64,000 nucleotides of DNA from Azolla caroliniana (taxonomy: Eukaryota; Plantae; Polypodiophyta), in NCBI GenBank assembly GCA_043228905.1, contig JBHGNT010000021.1, positions 7,998,001 to 8,062,000 of the forward strand, written 5' to 3'. Below are positions 13,301 to 26,445 of the stretch, piece by piece. Below the pieces are notes generated by a model, which saw only the letters and a list, made by a program, of their open reading frames with translations, did not search any database and was not told the origin of the DNA. Every line of letters starts with the position of its first letter. The first letter of the stretch is position 1. The position numbers and the translations under genes are program-made.

Positions 13301-14460
13301 TCAGGTTCAATCGAACCTCCGGAACGTGTCGAACATCCTTTAGCAGCATCTTGCATCCGGTTGATGTCATCAGCCACACGTCTCCTATGCCGGCAATCCG
13401 GCATGTACCTTCATTTCCCATCCAGACACAGCCGTGCTCACCGGCTGTGTAGGATGAGAAGTATTTCTTCTCCGGGGTAAGGTGGAACGACGCTCCGGAA
13501 TCGACCACCCAGGTCATCTCTTCACCGGCAAGGTTCAGCTCCCTCTCTTCGGTAATGAGCATTATCTCTTCTTCACTTGCCGCGAGTGCCGTCGTTCCTT
13601 TCCGGTCCTGCCCTCGCCGATCCGGACCTCTCCGGTCCGTGGCTCCCCGGTATGCACCGTTTCGCTCCGGTGACTTCTTCGAATCGGTACCGTCGGTTCC
13701 GTTGTCTTTCCGGAAATGCCGACAGTTCTTCTGGAAGTGCCCCGGCTTCCCACAGTAGAAGCATGTAGGTCTTCCCCTCGACTGCGACCGTGTCCCCGAC
13801 TTCTCCCGTCTTTGCGGACTCCGGTTCCGTTGTCTTCCCCGTTCCGATTCGGTAAGCAGCGCCTTTGAGTCGGAGGCCGGTTCTTTATCTCTCCGACGCG
13901 CTTCTTCATTTAGAATACTTGTCTTTACCGTTAGTAAAGACAAGTTCTCTTCCTTACAGGAGGTGCTGAGAGTAACTACCAAGTTCTCCCAGCTCTCCGG
14001 AAGGGTACACATCAGCATGATGGCTTGCATTGCGTCATCCAACGGGAACTTGATCGCCACAAGCTGGTTCACGAATCCCATGAACGTGCTGACGTGTTCG
14101 ACCATGCTCTCGCCGTCCCGGTACTTAAGATTCACTATCTTCCTCATCAGGGAGGTTCCGGGTCAGAGCTTTCTTCCTCTCATACAGTCCGGACAGCTTC
14201 TGCCACATCTCATAGGCGTTCGTATCGTTCGCCACATGTTGCAGAACACTTACATCGACATATTGCCGGATCGTCGCTACGGCTTTCCGGTTCAGGAGCT
14301 TCCACTCCGACTCTATTACCCCCTTGGGTATCTCGGCATTGTCGATCGGTTCGTACAGGTCTCGGACGATGAGAAGGTCTTCCATCTTTATCTTCCAATC
14401 GGCGTAGTTCTGTGAGTTCAACACCATCATGCCCGGAGGCCCACTACCGCCGCCTTCCAT
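10386..14460 (-). pseudogene. D gag-pol: one frameshift (~14150-14170) and one in-frame TAG (11214-11216)
   Basis: ORFs 14460-14125, 14147-11214 (977 aa: NC, PR, INT, RT YMDD) and 11213-10386 (RT end and RNase H), the last two in frame. Confidence 0.95.
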
Positions 14461-14491
14461 TTTCTGTGTTAACCTTGCTCTGATACCAGTT

Positions 14492-15164
14492 TGTTGAACA
14501 CAGTGCTCGGCCGCAACCGAGGAATAGGATCAACTCACAGAAAACAGGAAATACAAAATGCACGAAGACAATAGAGAGAAGAGTACACAGGATGTTTTAC
14601 GTGGAAAACCCTAAATGGGAAAAACCACGGGAGTCCTCAGACTCCAACTATCACTATAAACAGAGATGTACAATGGTGAAGCTACAAGGCAACAACCTTG
14701 AGCTCACTGTCTTCGCCACAGGCGGCGGTAATACACAGAGGCAACGACCTCTTCGTCTCTCTCTCACTCTCTCTCTCTCGGCTGCTCTCTTCACTCTTAC
14801 ACACATCAGAGCGGCAGTACACAATAGGCAACAACATCCAGCCAGCAGCACTAAACAGTTTGCCCTAAGTCATATTTATACACATATGACTTTCGGACTA
14901 TTTACAAATATAGCCTCAAAGGGCTCTTGGAAAACATATTCACAAATATGTCCCCGCATCCGGATCTCTCTCCGGGTACATTCGTCATCCGGCTCCGTAG
15001 CCGGGGTCTTCATCATCCGGATCCGGAACCGGGGTCTTCATCATCCGGATCCGGAACCGGGTCTTCATCATCCGGCTCCAAGTACCGGGTACTCCTCATT
15101 CGGGTCTTCATTCCCGATTCCCGGACATCTGACCATCCCATCCGGAGGGACCGTAATCCCAACA
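14492..15164 (-). repeat. 5' LTR of D (673 bp, three 28-bp U3 units)
   Basis: Adjacent to the PBS; repeat of 9619-10375. Confidence 0.95.
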
Positions 15165-15169
15165 GTTCT

Positions 15170-15851
15170 GCCGAGGAAATCTCATAGTGGCCTGAGCACA
15201 GAAAGAAGGCACATTGTATATGATCCATGCTCGACTGTGCAAATCAGAAGTAAATGTGGCAGCCGACTCGGTAGGGGAGATATGGCATAAGAGGCTAGGC
15301 CACATGAGTGAGAAGGGAATGCACCTGTTAGCTCACCAGAAACTTCTGCCAGAAGTCAAAGGAGTGCTCATCGAGAAGTGCGTCGACTGCTTAGCCGGAA
15401 AGCAGAACAGGACGACATTCCACACAAGACCACCGAGGAGAAGAGATGTTGCACTAGAACTAGTGCACACGGATGTGTGCTATGTGGATACTCCATCGCA
15501 TCGAGGAGGACAATACTTTGTAACATTTATTGATGGCTACAGCCGGAAAACATGGGCCATCGTACTGAAGTCGAACGATCAAGTACTGTTGGTTTTCAAG
15601 GAATTCCAGGCAAGAGCTGAAAGAGAGTCGGGTCGGAAACTGAAGGTTGTCCGAACCGACAATGCTGGCAAGTACAGAGGGCACTTCGAGGAATACTACA
15701 AGTGCCAAGGTATTTGGATCGAATACACCGTGCCAAAGACCCCAGAGTTGAACGGGCTTACAAAGAGGATGAGTCGAACGATCATCGAGAGAGTGAGGAG
15801 CATGCTCTCTAATGCAAAACTGCCGAAATCCTATTGGGCTGAGGCGATGTA
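15170..15851 (+). pseudogene. C integrase segment
   Basis: WHKRLGH..CVDC zinc finger, VHTDVC, FIDGYSRK; continues at 21836 (WAEAMY|TTVNLIN). Confidence 0.9.
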
Positions 15852-16433
15852 TGTCGGGAAATATGTGGATTAATCTCCAGCCACAACCGAAGCGTAGATC
15901 ACTTGATGACAATAAAAAACACAGACGAAATGGGAATGGAGGTAAGTACACAAAACAGAAAGAGAATACATAGGATATTAACGTGGAAAACCCTGAGAGG
16001 GAAAAACCACGAGAGTCCACAGACTCCAAACTATCACTATATAAAGTAATACAACAGGGAGCACAAAGGCAACGACCTCTTGCTCACAATCTTGGCCTAG
16101 CGGCGGTTACAACAGAGACACAATCTCTGTATATCGCTCTCTCTCTCTCTCTTACGCACTGTACAAAGGTTACACCAATAACTCTATCATTTTCTATTAA
16201 GTTTGCCCTAGATCATATTTATACTAATATGACTTTCGGGCTATTTACATATTTACATATATGTCCCTTCCATCCGATGAGAGGTTCTCACCGGGCCTGC
16301 AACATCCGGTTCTCACCGGGTCTTCCTTGCCGGGTACTCCACATCCGGATTCGGCCGAGGCCGATAGTTGCTCATCAACACTGTTCTTCTCACTTCCCAT
16401 ACGGAGGGACTTGTTTCCTAACAAACTCCCCCT

Positions 16434-19400
16434 TCACTCCGGCATGGGATGTCTTACTAGTCCGATCCGCTTTCGATATGCATCCAGCTTGTCGGGTATC
16501 AGTACTTTGGTTAGCATATCTGACCCATTCTCGGCCATGTGGATCTTCGTCAGCGCGAACTCTCGATCTTCTACTCGCTCCCGGATCCAGTGATACCGCT
16601 GCGTTCTTAGCAAGGTGGATGGCACTTTGACTGTCGCAATAAAGCTGGTATTCATCTTGTCGGATACCGAGCTCTCCGATGAAGTCCTTTATCCATAGTA
16701 TTTCCTTGCCGGCTTCCAAAGCCGCCATGTACTCCGCCTCCGTGGTTGACAACGCAACCGCCTTCTGCAGCCTCGATTGCCACGAAACAGCTCCCCCTGC
16801 ATATGTCATTACATACCCGGATGTAGACTGGCTGGTATCCACATCAGCCGACATGTCCGAATCGGTAAAACCGTCAAGTTGAGGTTTATCGAAGCTGAAT
16901 CAGAGACACATATTCGACGTGCCCTTCAAGTACCGAAGTATCCATTTGACCACCTTCCAGTGCTCCTTGCCGGGTTTGCTTATAAACCGGTTCACCACTC
17001 CGACTGCGTATCCAATATCCGGCCGAGTACACACCATTGCGTACATCAAGCTCCCGATGGCAGAGGCATATGGAACCTTCACCATATCCGCGTTTTCTGC
17101 TTTCGTCTTCGGACTTTTCCTACCGGATAGTCTGAAGTTTGCCGGGAGTGTCGATCCGACCGGTTTTGCTTCTAACATGTTGAACCGCTGTCGTGCCTCT
17201 CGGCGCCGGATCGTTACGTGAGTCGGGTAGGAACTGCTGGGGTTTTGGACTAGGAGAAAGGAGATCGTGAGATAGAGATTAATTATGAGTAGATAGCAAA
17301 GAGAAAGATAAGAAACTCGTGAATCACACGAGTATACTATATTAATTGGTACTTAGGTTGTTAAGAAAGAAGTAGATGCCTAAATCGTGAATCCCACGAA
17401 TAATTTTTATATTGATCAATACTTAATCCAAAAAAAAAATCAACCCTTATACATCTTTCTCTCCTCCTTATATAAGGACGGAAGAGGCTAAGCATAACTT
17501 CTTGCTTTTCTAAAGTGTTCATGCTCTCTAAATTTGCATGCTTTACTTTTCCCACTACAATTTCCTAAATTTAGCATTCATGCCCACTAGATGTGCATGC
17601 GTAATTTTATTAGTGTGCATATAGATAAAGTTTACACGCCTTCTAAAAATGCATGACTTACCTTTTAATAAAGGTAGGCGAAAATAAAGGTTTTATACGT
17701 ATTAAATCTTTATTTGGAACACTCAGAATAAGAGACTCTCACCGTCCTTCTTCATCTGACTCTTCCTTGCCGATTCCTCCTTGCCGGTTTGCCGATTCCT
17801 CCTTCATCCGATTCTCACCGGGTATTTCATTCTCTATCCGGTTGGACAAAATGCTATTTCCACGTAGTGTGTAAATTACACTACGACACCGTTGAAGCAC
17901 CTTTGTCACGTATTTCTCCTGTGACAACCACAATTGCTTCTTTGACCAGTCCCGGATGATGTGCATCCCCAGTATCTGTCTTGCCGGGCCCAAGTCTTTC
18001 ATTGAGAAAGTTCAGTTCAGAGCCTTCTTCAACATCCGTATTTTGGCTTGGTCCCGTCCGACGATCAACATGTCGTCCACGTATAGAAGGAGTATCAGGA
18101 AGTCGCCTCCTTCGAACTTCTTTACAAACACGTAGTGGTCGGTTTGCCTTTTGTGATACCCTTGGTCGGTCATGAAGGAGTCAAACTTTCGGTGCCATTG
18201 TCGGGGAGCCTGCTTCAGTTCGTACAGGTTGTTCTTCAACCGGCTAACCAGGTGCTCCTTCCCTTTCTCCACGAATCCTTGCGGTTGCTGCATGTAGATC
18301 TCCTCTTCGAGGTCACTGTGAAGGAATGTCGTCTTCACGTCCAGCTGCTCTACCTCGAGGTCCATGCTTGCCGCTATGCTCAGCACCGTTCGGATGGAAG
18401 TCATCTTTACTACCGGGGCAAATATATCGTCGAAGTCCACACCCTTCTTCTGCTGGAACCCCTTCACCACGATCCTGGCTTTGTATCTCGGGGGTTTGCT
18501 GGCATCTCCCGGTTTCAACTTGTACACCCACTTATTTCGGAGTGCCCGCTTTTCTTTCGGCAACTCCACCAATTTGTACGTATGGTTCTCATGCAGGGAA
18601 TCCATCTCATCTTGCATGACACTTAACCATTTGCGGCTGTGGGTGTCATCCTTCGCTTCTTCGAAGCTTTCCGGCTCTCCCTCATCGGTTAGCAGCACAT
18701 GCTCTGCATCCGGAAATCTTCGGGGGGGCCTTCTCTCTTTGAGAGGATATCTCCGTCTTTGGCCTTCGGCAACTGGCTCCACTATTTGTTCTTCATCTGA
18801 ATCCGATTCGGGGTCTTGGTTGGTTCCGATTTCAGCTTCCTCTACTTCTTCTTTTGCTAGTTCGGTATCTTCACCATAACCGACTGGTTCCTCAAGTGTC
18901 AACCGGCTCTTAGACGGGTGTGTCCGAATCTCATCGGAGTTCATTATCTTCTTCTCCGACTCCTAGTCGACAAGAGTCTTGTCCTCCATGAAGATAATAT
19001 CTCGGCTCCGAAAAGCCTTCTTGTCAACCGGATCCCACACTCGGTAGCCGAACTCATCATCGCCGTATCCGAGGAATATGCATGGTCGGGTCTTTGGATC
19101 CAATTTTCCTCTCCGGTCCTTAGCAACATGCACGTATGGGAGACACCCAAACACCTTCAGATGCCGGTAGGAAACTTCCTTACCAGTCCACACCTTCTGC
19201 GGTGTGTCTCCATCCAAGGGCATTGAGGGTGATCTGTTTATCATATACATCGCTCTCAATAGTGCCTCAGCCCAAAACTTCTTGGGTAATTTTGCATGCG
19301 CCAGCATACTCCGGACCCTCTCCATTATGGTCCGGTTCATCCTCTTGGCCAACCCGTTTAGTTCTGGCGTCTTCGGCGTAAATTCAAGCCGGATTCCCTT

Positions 19401-21124
19401 TGAGCGACAGTACTCCTCGAACTGCCCCCGGTATTCCCCTCCGTTATCTGCTGAAACCGCCTTCAGCTTCCAACTGGTTTCTCTTTCCACTCTCGCGTGG
19501 AGCTCTTTGAAGACGGATAGCACCTTATCCTTCATCTTCAACGGTGTGGCCCACAGCTTCCGGCTGTGGTCATCTATGAACGTCACGAAGTACTGTGATC
19601 CGGCATGTGACTTCGTGTCCACTTGACATACATCAGTATGCACCAACTCCAATGGTTCATTACGTCTCATTGATGGCCTCGATAGGAAGGAGGTCCGGTT
19701 TTGTTTACCGGCCAGACAATCAGTGCACTTCTCCAAGTGCACGTTCTTCACTGGAATGAGGTTGTCGTCTGCAAGGCTCTTCATCCTCTTCTTGCTCATG
19801 TGACATAGCCTCTTGTGCCACAGATCACTAGTAGTGTCAGAAGCCACGTTCACTTCTTCCGGGCATAACCGAGCATTCATCAGGTACAACGTGTTGACCT
19901 TCCGGGCCCAAGCCACAATCAGGCTCCCTTTGCTGAACTTCATAACACCGTTCCGGATGCTACCCATGTAGCCTTCATCATCTAGCCGACCAACTGATAT
20001 CAGGTTCAGATGAACCTCCGGAATGTGTCGGACATCCTTCAACAACAACTTGCATCCGGTTGGTGTTGTCAACCACACATCTCCTATGCCAACAATTTGG
20101 CATGTACCTTCATTCCCCATAAGGACACAGCCGTGATCACCGGTTGAGTAGGATGAGAAGCATTTCCGGTACGGGGTAAGGTGGAACGACGCTCTGGAGT
20201 CGACCACCTAGGTCATCTCGTCGCCGGCAAGGTTTAGCTCACTCTCCTCGGTGATGAGCATCAACTCTTCTTCACTTGCTACGATTGCCATCGTTCCCTT
20301 CCGGTCTGGCCCCCTCCGATCTTTACCGTTTCGGTCCAGTGTCCGCTTCGAATCGGTACCGTAGGTTTCCTTGTCTTTTCGGAAGTGCTGACAATTCTTC
20401 TGGAAGTGCCCCGGCTTGCCACAATAGAAGCAAGTAGGCCTCCCCCTTGACTTTGACCGTGTCCCCGACTTTTCCCGGTTCTAGGGACTATGGTTCCTTT
20501 GCCTTCCACGTTCTGATTCGGTAAGGAGTGGTTTGGAGTCGGAGCTCGTATCCTTATCTCTCCGATGCACCTCCTCATCTAGCAAGATCGACTTCACTCT
20601 TGCTAGGGATAACCGTTTCCCTTCGGGCCCGGCGTTGCCCAAAGAGACGACCAACGTCTCCCAGCTATCTGGGAGGGAACCGAGAAGGAGTAGTGCTAGT
20701 ACCTCATCGACGAGAGGTACTTCTAATGATGTTGCCTGTTGTATCAGCCCCTGGAAGGCATTCATGTGCTCCGCCATGCTGGAGCCATCTTGGTACTGGA
20801 GTCTTACTAGCTTCCGAAATGCCGAAACTTGATTAACAACATTTCTGTTCTGAAACATAATGCCGATCTTCTCCTAGAGCTCATGAGCCTTGCTCTCTTC
20901 ATTGAAGTTGGTGTATAGACTCATGTCGATGAAGCACCGTATGTACGCCGTATCTTCATGTGCATCACCTCCCATATCATGGCATCAATTTTGTCCGGTC
21001 TCTTGTGCCCGAACTGAACCGGCAACCAGAGATCGTTAACCACGAGCATGTCCCTCATCTTCGACTACCACACTGAATAGTTGGAGCCAGTGAGCTTGAA
21101 CATGCCTCCCAACAAATCGTCCAT
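16434..21124 (-). pseudogene. E gag-pol, disrupted by stops, frameshifts and solo LTR F
   Basis: ORFs 20858-20481 (gag), 20207-18963 (PR-INT), 18944-18012 (RT), 17178-16900 and 16854-16390 (RNase H). Confidence 0.92.
17189..17888 (-). mobile_element. Solo LTR F, diverged member of the G family
   Basis: TGTCGTGCC...CTACGACA termini shared with the G LTRs; 4-bp TSD CCGC/CCGT; interrupts E RT at KVLQR|FNM. Confidence 0.9.
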
Positions 21125-21835
21125 TTTTCTGTGTCGTTTTGTTGTAATACCAGTTTGTCGGGAAATACGCGGAATAATCTCCGGCCACAACCGAAGCGTA
21201 GATCACTTGATGACAATCAAAAACACAGAAGAAATGGGAATGGAGGTAAGTAAACAAAATAGAAAGAGAATACACAGGATGTTAATGTGGAAAACCCTGA
21301 GAGGGAAAAACCACGGGAGTCCACAGACTCCAAACTATCAGTCTGTAAAGTAATACAACAGGGAGCACAGAGGCAACAACCTCTTGCTCACAATCTTGGC
21401 CTAGCGGCGGTTACAACAGAGACACAATCTCTGTATATCGCTATCTCTCTCTCTCTCTTACGCATTGTACAAAGGTTACACCAATAACTCTATCATTTTC
21501 TATTAAGTTTGCCCTAGATCATATTTATACTAATATGACTCTCGGGCTATTTACAAATATAGCTCCAGTGGGCTCTCTGGAACATATTTACATATATGTC
21601 CCTTCCATCCGATGAGAGGTTCTCACCGGGCCTGCAACATCTGGTTCTCACCGGGTCTTCCTTGCCGGGTACTCGTCATCCGGTTCTCACTGGGTCTTCT
21701 GTTGCTGGGTACTCCACATCCGGTTCTGACCGGGTCTTCTGTTGTCGGGTACTCCACATCCGGATTCGGCCGAGGCCGACATCAACACTTTTCTTCTCAT
21801 TTCCCATCCGGAGGGACTTGTTTCCCAACAATGTA

Positions 21836-22122
21836 CACAACTGTTAATCTGATCAACATGTCTCCCTCAGTACCTCTAAAGGGTGATGTCCCACAGAGGG
21901 TGTGGACAGGGAAGGATGTCTCCTACCAACACCTGAGGGTGTTCGGATGTTTGGCATATATGCATGTACCAAAGGATCAGAGGTCAAAGTTTGACAGCAA
22001 GTCGAAAGCATGCATATTCATGGGATACTCGGAAGATGAGTTCGGGTACAAGTTGTGGGACTTAGTCGACAAGAAGGTAGTGAGAAGTCGGGATGTAGTA
22101 ATTCTAGAAGACAAGAACATTG
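21836..22122 (+). pseudogene. C integrase C-terminal segment
   Basis: HLRVFGCLAYMHVPK..CIFMGYS..RSRDVV. Confidence 0.88.
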
Positions 22123-25100
22123 TGTTAGGATCTCGGTCCATCCGAATGTGATACGCAGGCCCGACATCGGAAGACCCGGTGAGAACCGGATGACGAGTAC
22201 CCGGCAAGGAAGACCCGGTGAGAACCGGATGTTGCAGGCCCGGTGAGAACCTCTTACCGGATGAAGGGACATATATGTAGATATGTTTCTGAGAGCCCAT
22301 TGGGGCTATATCCATAAATAGTCCTAATGTCATATTAGTATACATGTGACCTAGGGCAAACAGTATATATACTGTTGCTGTTATTATCTTCGTATAGTGT
22401 AATTTTGTGCAATGACTGTACAAAGAGAGAGAGAGAGAGAGCAAGAGATTCAGAGCATGTCTTTGTTGTAATCGTCACCAGGCGAAGATTGTGAGCAGGA
22501 GGTCGTTGCCTCTGTGCTCCCTGTTGTAATCATTGGCATAGTGATAGTTTGGAGTTTGCGGACTCCCGTGGTTTTTTCCTCTCAAGGGTTTTCCACGTTA
22601 ACATCCTGTGTATTCTCTTTTTTGTTCTTGTACTTACCGCCATTCCCATTTCTTTTGTGTCCGATTGTCATCAAGTGATCTACGCTTCGGTTGTGGCCGG
22701 AGATTATTCCGCGTATTTCCCGACAAACTGGCATTAGAACAAAACGACACAGAAAAATGGACGATTTGTTGGGAGGCATGTTCAAGATCACTAGCTCCAA
22801 CTACTCAATGTGGAAGTCGAAGATGAGGGACATGCTTGTGGTTAAAGTTCTTTGGTTGCCGGTTCAGTTCGGGGACAAGAGACCGGACAAAATTGATGCC
22901 ACGATATGGGAGGTGATGCACATGAAGACAACGGTGTACATACGGTGCTTCATCGACATGAGTCCATACAACAACTTCAATGAAGAGAGCAAGGCTCATG
23001 AGCTCTGGGAGAAGATCGACATTATGTTTCAGAACAAAAACGCCGTTAATTAGGTTTCGGTATTTCGGAAGCTAGGAAGGCTCCAGTACCAAGATGGCTC
23101 CAGCATGGTGGAGCACATGAATGCCTTCCAGGGGCTGATGATTGGAAGTACCTCTCGCCGATGAGGTACTAGCACTACTCCTGCTCGGTTCCCTCCTAGA
23201 TAGCTGGGAGACGTTGGTTGTCACTTTGGGCAACGCCGGACCGGAAGGGAAACGGTTATCCCTAGCAAGACTGAAGTTGAGCTTGCTAGATGAGGAGGCA
23301 TGTCGAAAAGACAAGGATACAAGCTCCGACTCCAAAGCACTCCTTACCGAATAGGAACATGGAAGACAAAGGAACTGTAGTCCCTAGAACCGGGAAAAGT
23401 CGGGGACACGGTCAAAGTCAAGGGGGAGGCCTACTTGCTTCTATTGCGGCAAGCCGGGACACTTCTCGAAGAACTGTTGGCACTTCCGAAAAGACAAGGA
23501 AACCGACGATACCGATTCGAAGCGGACACCGGACCGGAACGGTAAAGACCGGAGGGGACCGGACCGAAAGGGAACGACGGCAATCGCGGCAAGTGAAGAA
23601 GAGTTGATGCTTATCACCGAGGAGAGTGAGTTGAACCTTGCCGGCAACGAGACAACGTGGGTTGTTGATTCTGGAGCATCGTTCCACCTTACCCCGGACC
23701 AGAAATACTTCTCATCCTACACAGCCGGTGATCACGGCTGTGTCTGGATAGGGAATGAAGGTACATGCCAAATTGTCGGCATAGGAGACGTGTGGTTGAC
23801 AACACCAACCAGATGCAAGCTGCTACTGAAGGATGTCCGACACGTTCCGGAGGTTCGATTGAACCTGATATCAGCCGGTCGGCTAGATGATGAAGGCTAC
23901 ATGGGTAGCATCCGGAACGGAGGCATGAAATTCAGCAAAGGGAGCCTGATAGTGGCTCGGGCCCAGAAGGTCAACACATTGTACCTTATGAATGCCCGGT
24001 TATGCCCGGAAGAAGTGAATGTGGATTCCGACATTGCTGGTGAGTTGTGGCACAAGAGACTGTGTCACATGAGCGTGAAGGGGACGAAGAGGCTTGCTGA
24101 TGACAACCTCATTCCGGTGAAGAACATGCATCTTGAGAGGTGCACCGACTGCCTAGCCGGTAAGCAGAACCGGACCTCCTTCCAATCAAGGCCACCGTTG
24201 AGACGTAATGCACCATTGGAGTTGGTGCATACCGATGCGTGTTAAGTGGACACGAAGTCCCATGCTGGAGCGCAGTACTTCGTGATGTTCATAGATGACC
24301 AGAACAGGAGGCTGTGGGCCACAGGATCAGGTGTTTTCCGTCTTCAGGGAGCTCCACGCAAGAGTGGAAAGAGAAACCGGATGGAAGCTGAAGGCGGTTC
24401 GAGCCGATAACGGAGGGGAATACCAGGGGCAGTTCGAAGGGAATCCGGCTTGAATTTACCGTGCCTAAGACGCCGGAACTAAACGGGTTGGCCGAGAGGA
24501 TGAACCGGACCATAATGGAGAGGGTCCGGAGTATGCTAGCACATGATAAACTACCCAAGACGTTTTGGGCTGAAAGTTGAAACCAGGAGATGCCGGCAAC
24601 CCCAAGGTACAAAGCCAGGATCGTGGTGAAGGGGTTCCAACAGAAGAAGGGCGTGGAATTCGACGAGATATTTTCCCCGGTAGTAAAGATGACTTCCATC
24701 CGAACGGTGCTGAGCATAGCGGCAAGCATGGACCTTGAGGTAGAACAGTTAGACGTGAAGACGACGTTCCTCCACAGTGACCTCAAAGAGGAGATCTACA
24801 TGCAGCAACCAGAGGGATTTGTAGAGAAAGGGAAGGAGCACCTGGTTTGCTGGTTAAAGAAGAGCCTCTACGGGTTGAAGCGGGCTCCCCATCAATGGTA
24901 CTGGAAGTTCGACTCCTTCATGACCGATCAAGGGTACCACAAGACGTAGGCCAATCACTACGTATTTGTGAAGAAGTTCAAAGGTGGAGACTTCCTGATA
25001 CTCCTCTTGTACGTGGACGACATGTTGATCGTCGGACGAGACCAAGTCAAGATATGGATGCTAAAGAAGGTGGATATGATGAAGATACCATATGCCTATG

Positions 25101-26445
25101 CCATCGGGAGCCTAATGTACGCAATGGTGTGTACCTGACCGGATATCGGATATGCAGTCAGAGTGGTGAGCCAGTTTATGAGCAATCCCAGCAAGGAGCA
25201 TTGGAATGCGGTAAAATGGATACTCCGATACTTGAAAGACACCTCAAGTATGTGCCTCTGATTCGGCTTCGGTAAACCCCAACTTGACGGTTTTACAGAT
25301 TCGGATATGTCAGCTGATGCGGATACCAGCCGGTCAACATCCGGATATGTCATGAGATATGCGGGGGGAGTTGTTTCGTGGCAATTGAGGCTGAAGAAGA
25401 TGGTTGCGTTGTCAACCACGGAAGTGGAGTACATGGCGGCTGTGGAAGCCGGCAAGGAAATACTATGGATAAAGGACTTCATCGAAGAGCTAGGGATCTG
25501 GCAAGAGGAATACCAACTCTATTGCGATAGTCAAAGTGTCATCCACCTTGCGAAGAACGCAACGTATCATTCCAGGACGAAGCACATCCAACAGAGGTAC
25601 CACTAGATTCGGGAGCGAGTAGAAGACCGAGAGTTCGTGCTGACTAAGATCCACATGGAGGAGAACAGGTCGGATATGTTGACCAAGTTGCTGACACCCG
25701 ACAAGCTAGACGCATGCTGGAAGCAGATCGGATTGACGAGGCATCCCATACCGGAGTGAAGGGGGAGTTTGTTAGGATCTTGGTCCCTCCGGATGTGATA
25801 CGCAGGCCTGACATCGGAAGAACCGGTGAGAACCGGATGTCGAGTACCCGGCAAGGAAGACCCGGTGAGAACCAGATTTTGCAGGCTCGGCATCGGAAGA
25901 CCCAGTGAGAACCAGATGACGAGTACCTCGCAAGGAAGACCCGGTGAGAACCGAATGTTGCAGGCCTGATGAGAACCTCTCACCGGATGAAGGGACATAT
26001 ATGTAGATATGTTTCTGAGAGCCCATTGGGGCTATATCCATAAATAGTCCTAATGTCATATTAGTATAAATGTGACCTAGGGCAAATAGTGTATATACTG
26101 TTGATGTTATTATCTTCGTATAGTGTAATTTGGTGCAATGATTGTACAGAGAGAGAGAGAGAGAGCGATTCAGAGCATGTCTTTGTTGTAACCGCCGCTA
26201 GGCGAAGATTGTGAGCAGGAGGTCGTTGCCTCTTTGCTCCCTGTTGTAATCATTGGCATAGTGATAGTTTGGAGTCTGTGGACTGCCGTGGTTTTTCCTT
26301 CTCAGGGGTTTTCCACGTTAACATCCTGTGTATTCTCTTTTCTGTTCGTGTACTTACCTCCATTCCCATTTCTTTTGTGTCCGATTGTCATCAAGTGATC
26401 TACGCTTCGGTTGTGGCCGGAGATTATTCCGCGTATTTCCAGTCA
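22123..26445 (+). mobile_element. Copia H (A-type gag-pol) with internal deletions
   Basis: LTRs 22123-22725 and 25770-~26445; degenerate PBS 22729-22740; PPT 25758-25767; left flank CATTG, right junction imperfect; C reading DKNI|EDWK resumes. Confidence 0.9.
22757..25759 (+). pseudogene. H gag-pol; integrase C-half and linker (~24573) and part of RT (~25070) deleted
   Basis: FWAE joins directly to KLKPGDAG..YKARIVVKGF; MLKK joins directly to DMMKIPYA. Confidence 0.88.

Larger units (their letters stand above)
9619..15164 (-). mobile_element. Copia D, young and nearly intact
   Basis: LTRs 14492-15164 (5') and 9619-10375 (3'); TSD GTTCT at 9614-9618 and 15165-15169; PBS revcomp GCTCTGATACCA 14477-14488; PPT revcomp 10378-10387. 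Confidence 0.97.
15852..21830 (-). mobile_element. Copia E (A-type gag-pol), degenerate
   Basis: LTRs 21156-21830 (5') and 15852-16423 (3'); TSD ATGTA at 15847-15851 and 21831-21835; degenerate iMet PBS 21141-21152; PPT revcomp 16426-16435. Confidence 0.94.

Noticed and set aside
17189-17888. F and N as MITEs or DNA transposons because of the TGTCGT/ACGACA inverted ends
   Set aside because: They match the paired LTRs of G, which has a PBS and PPT.
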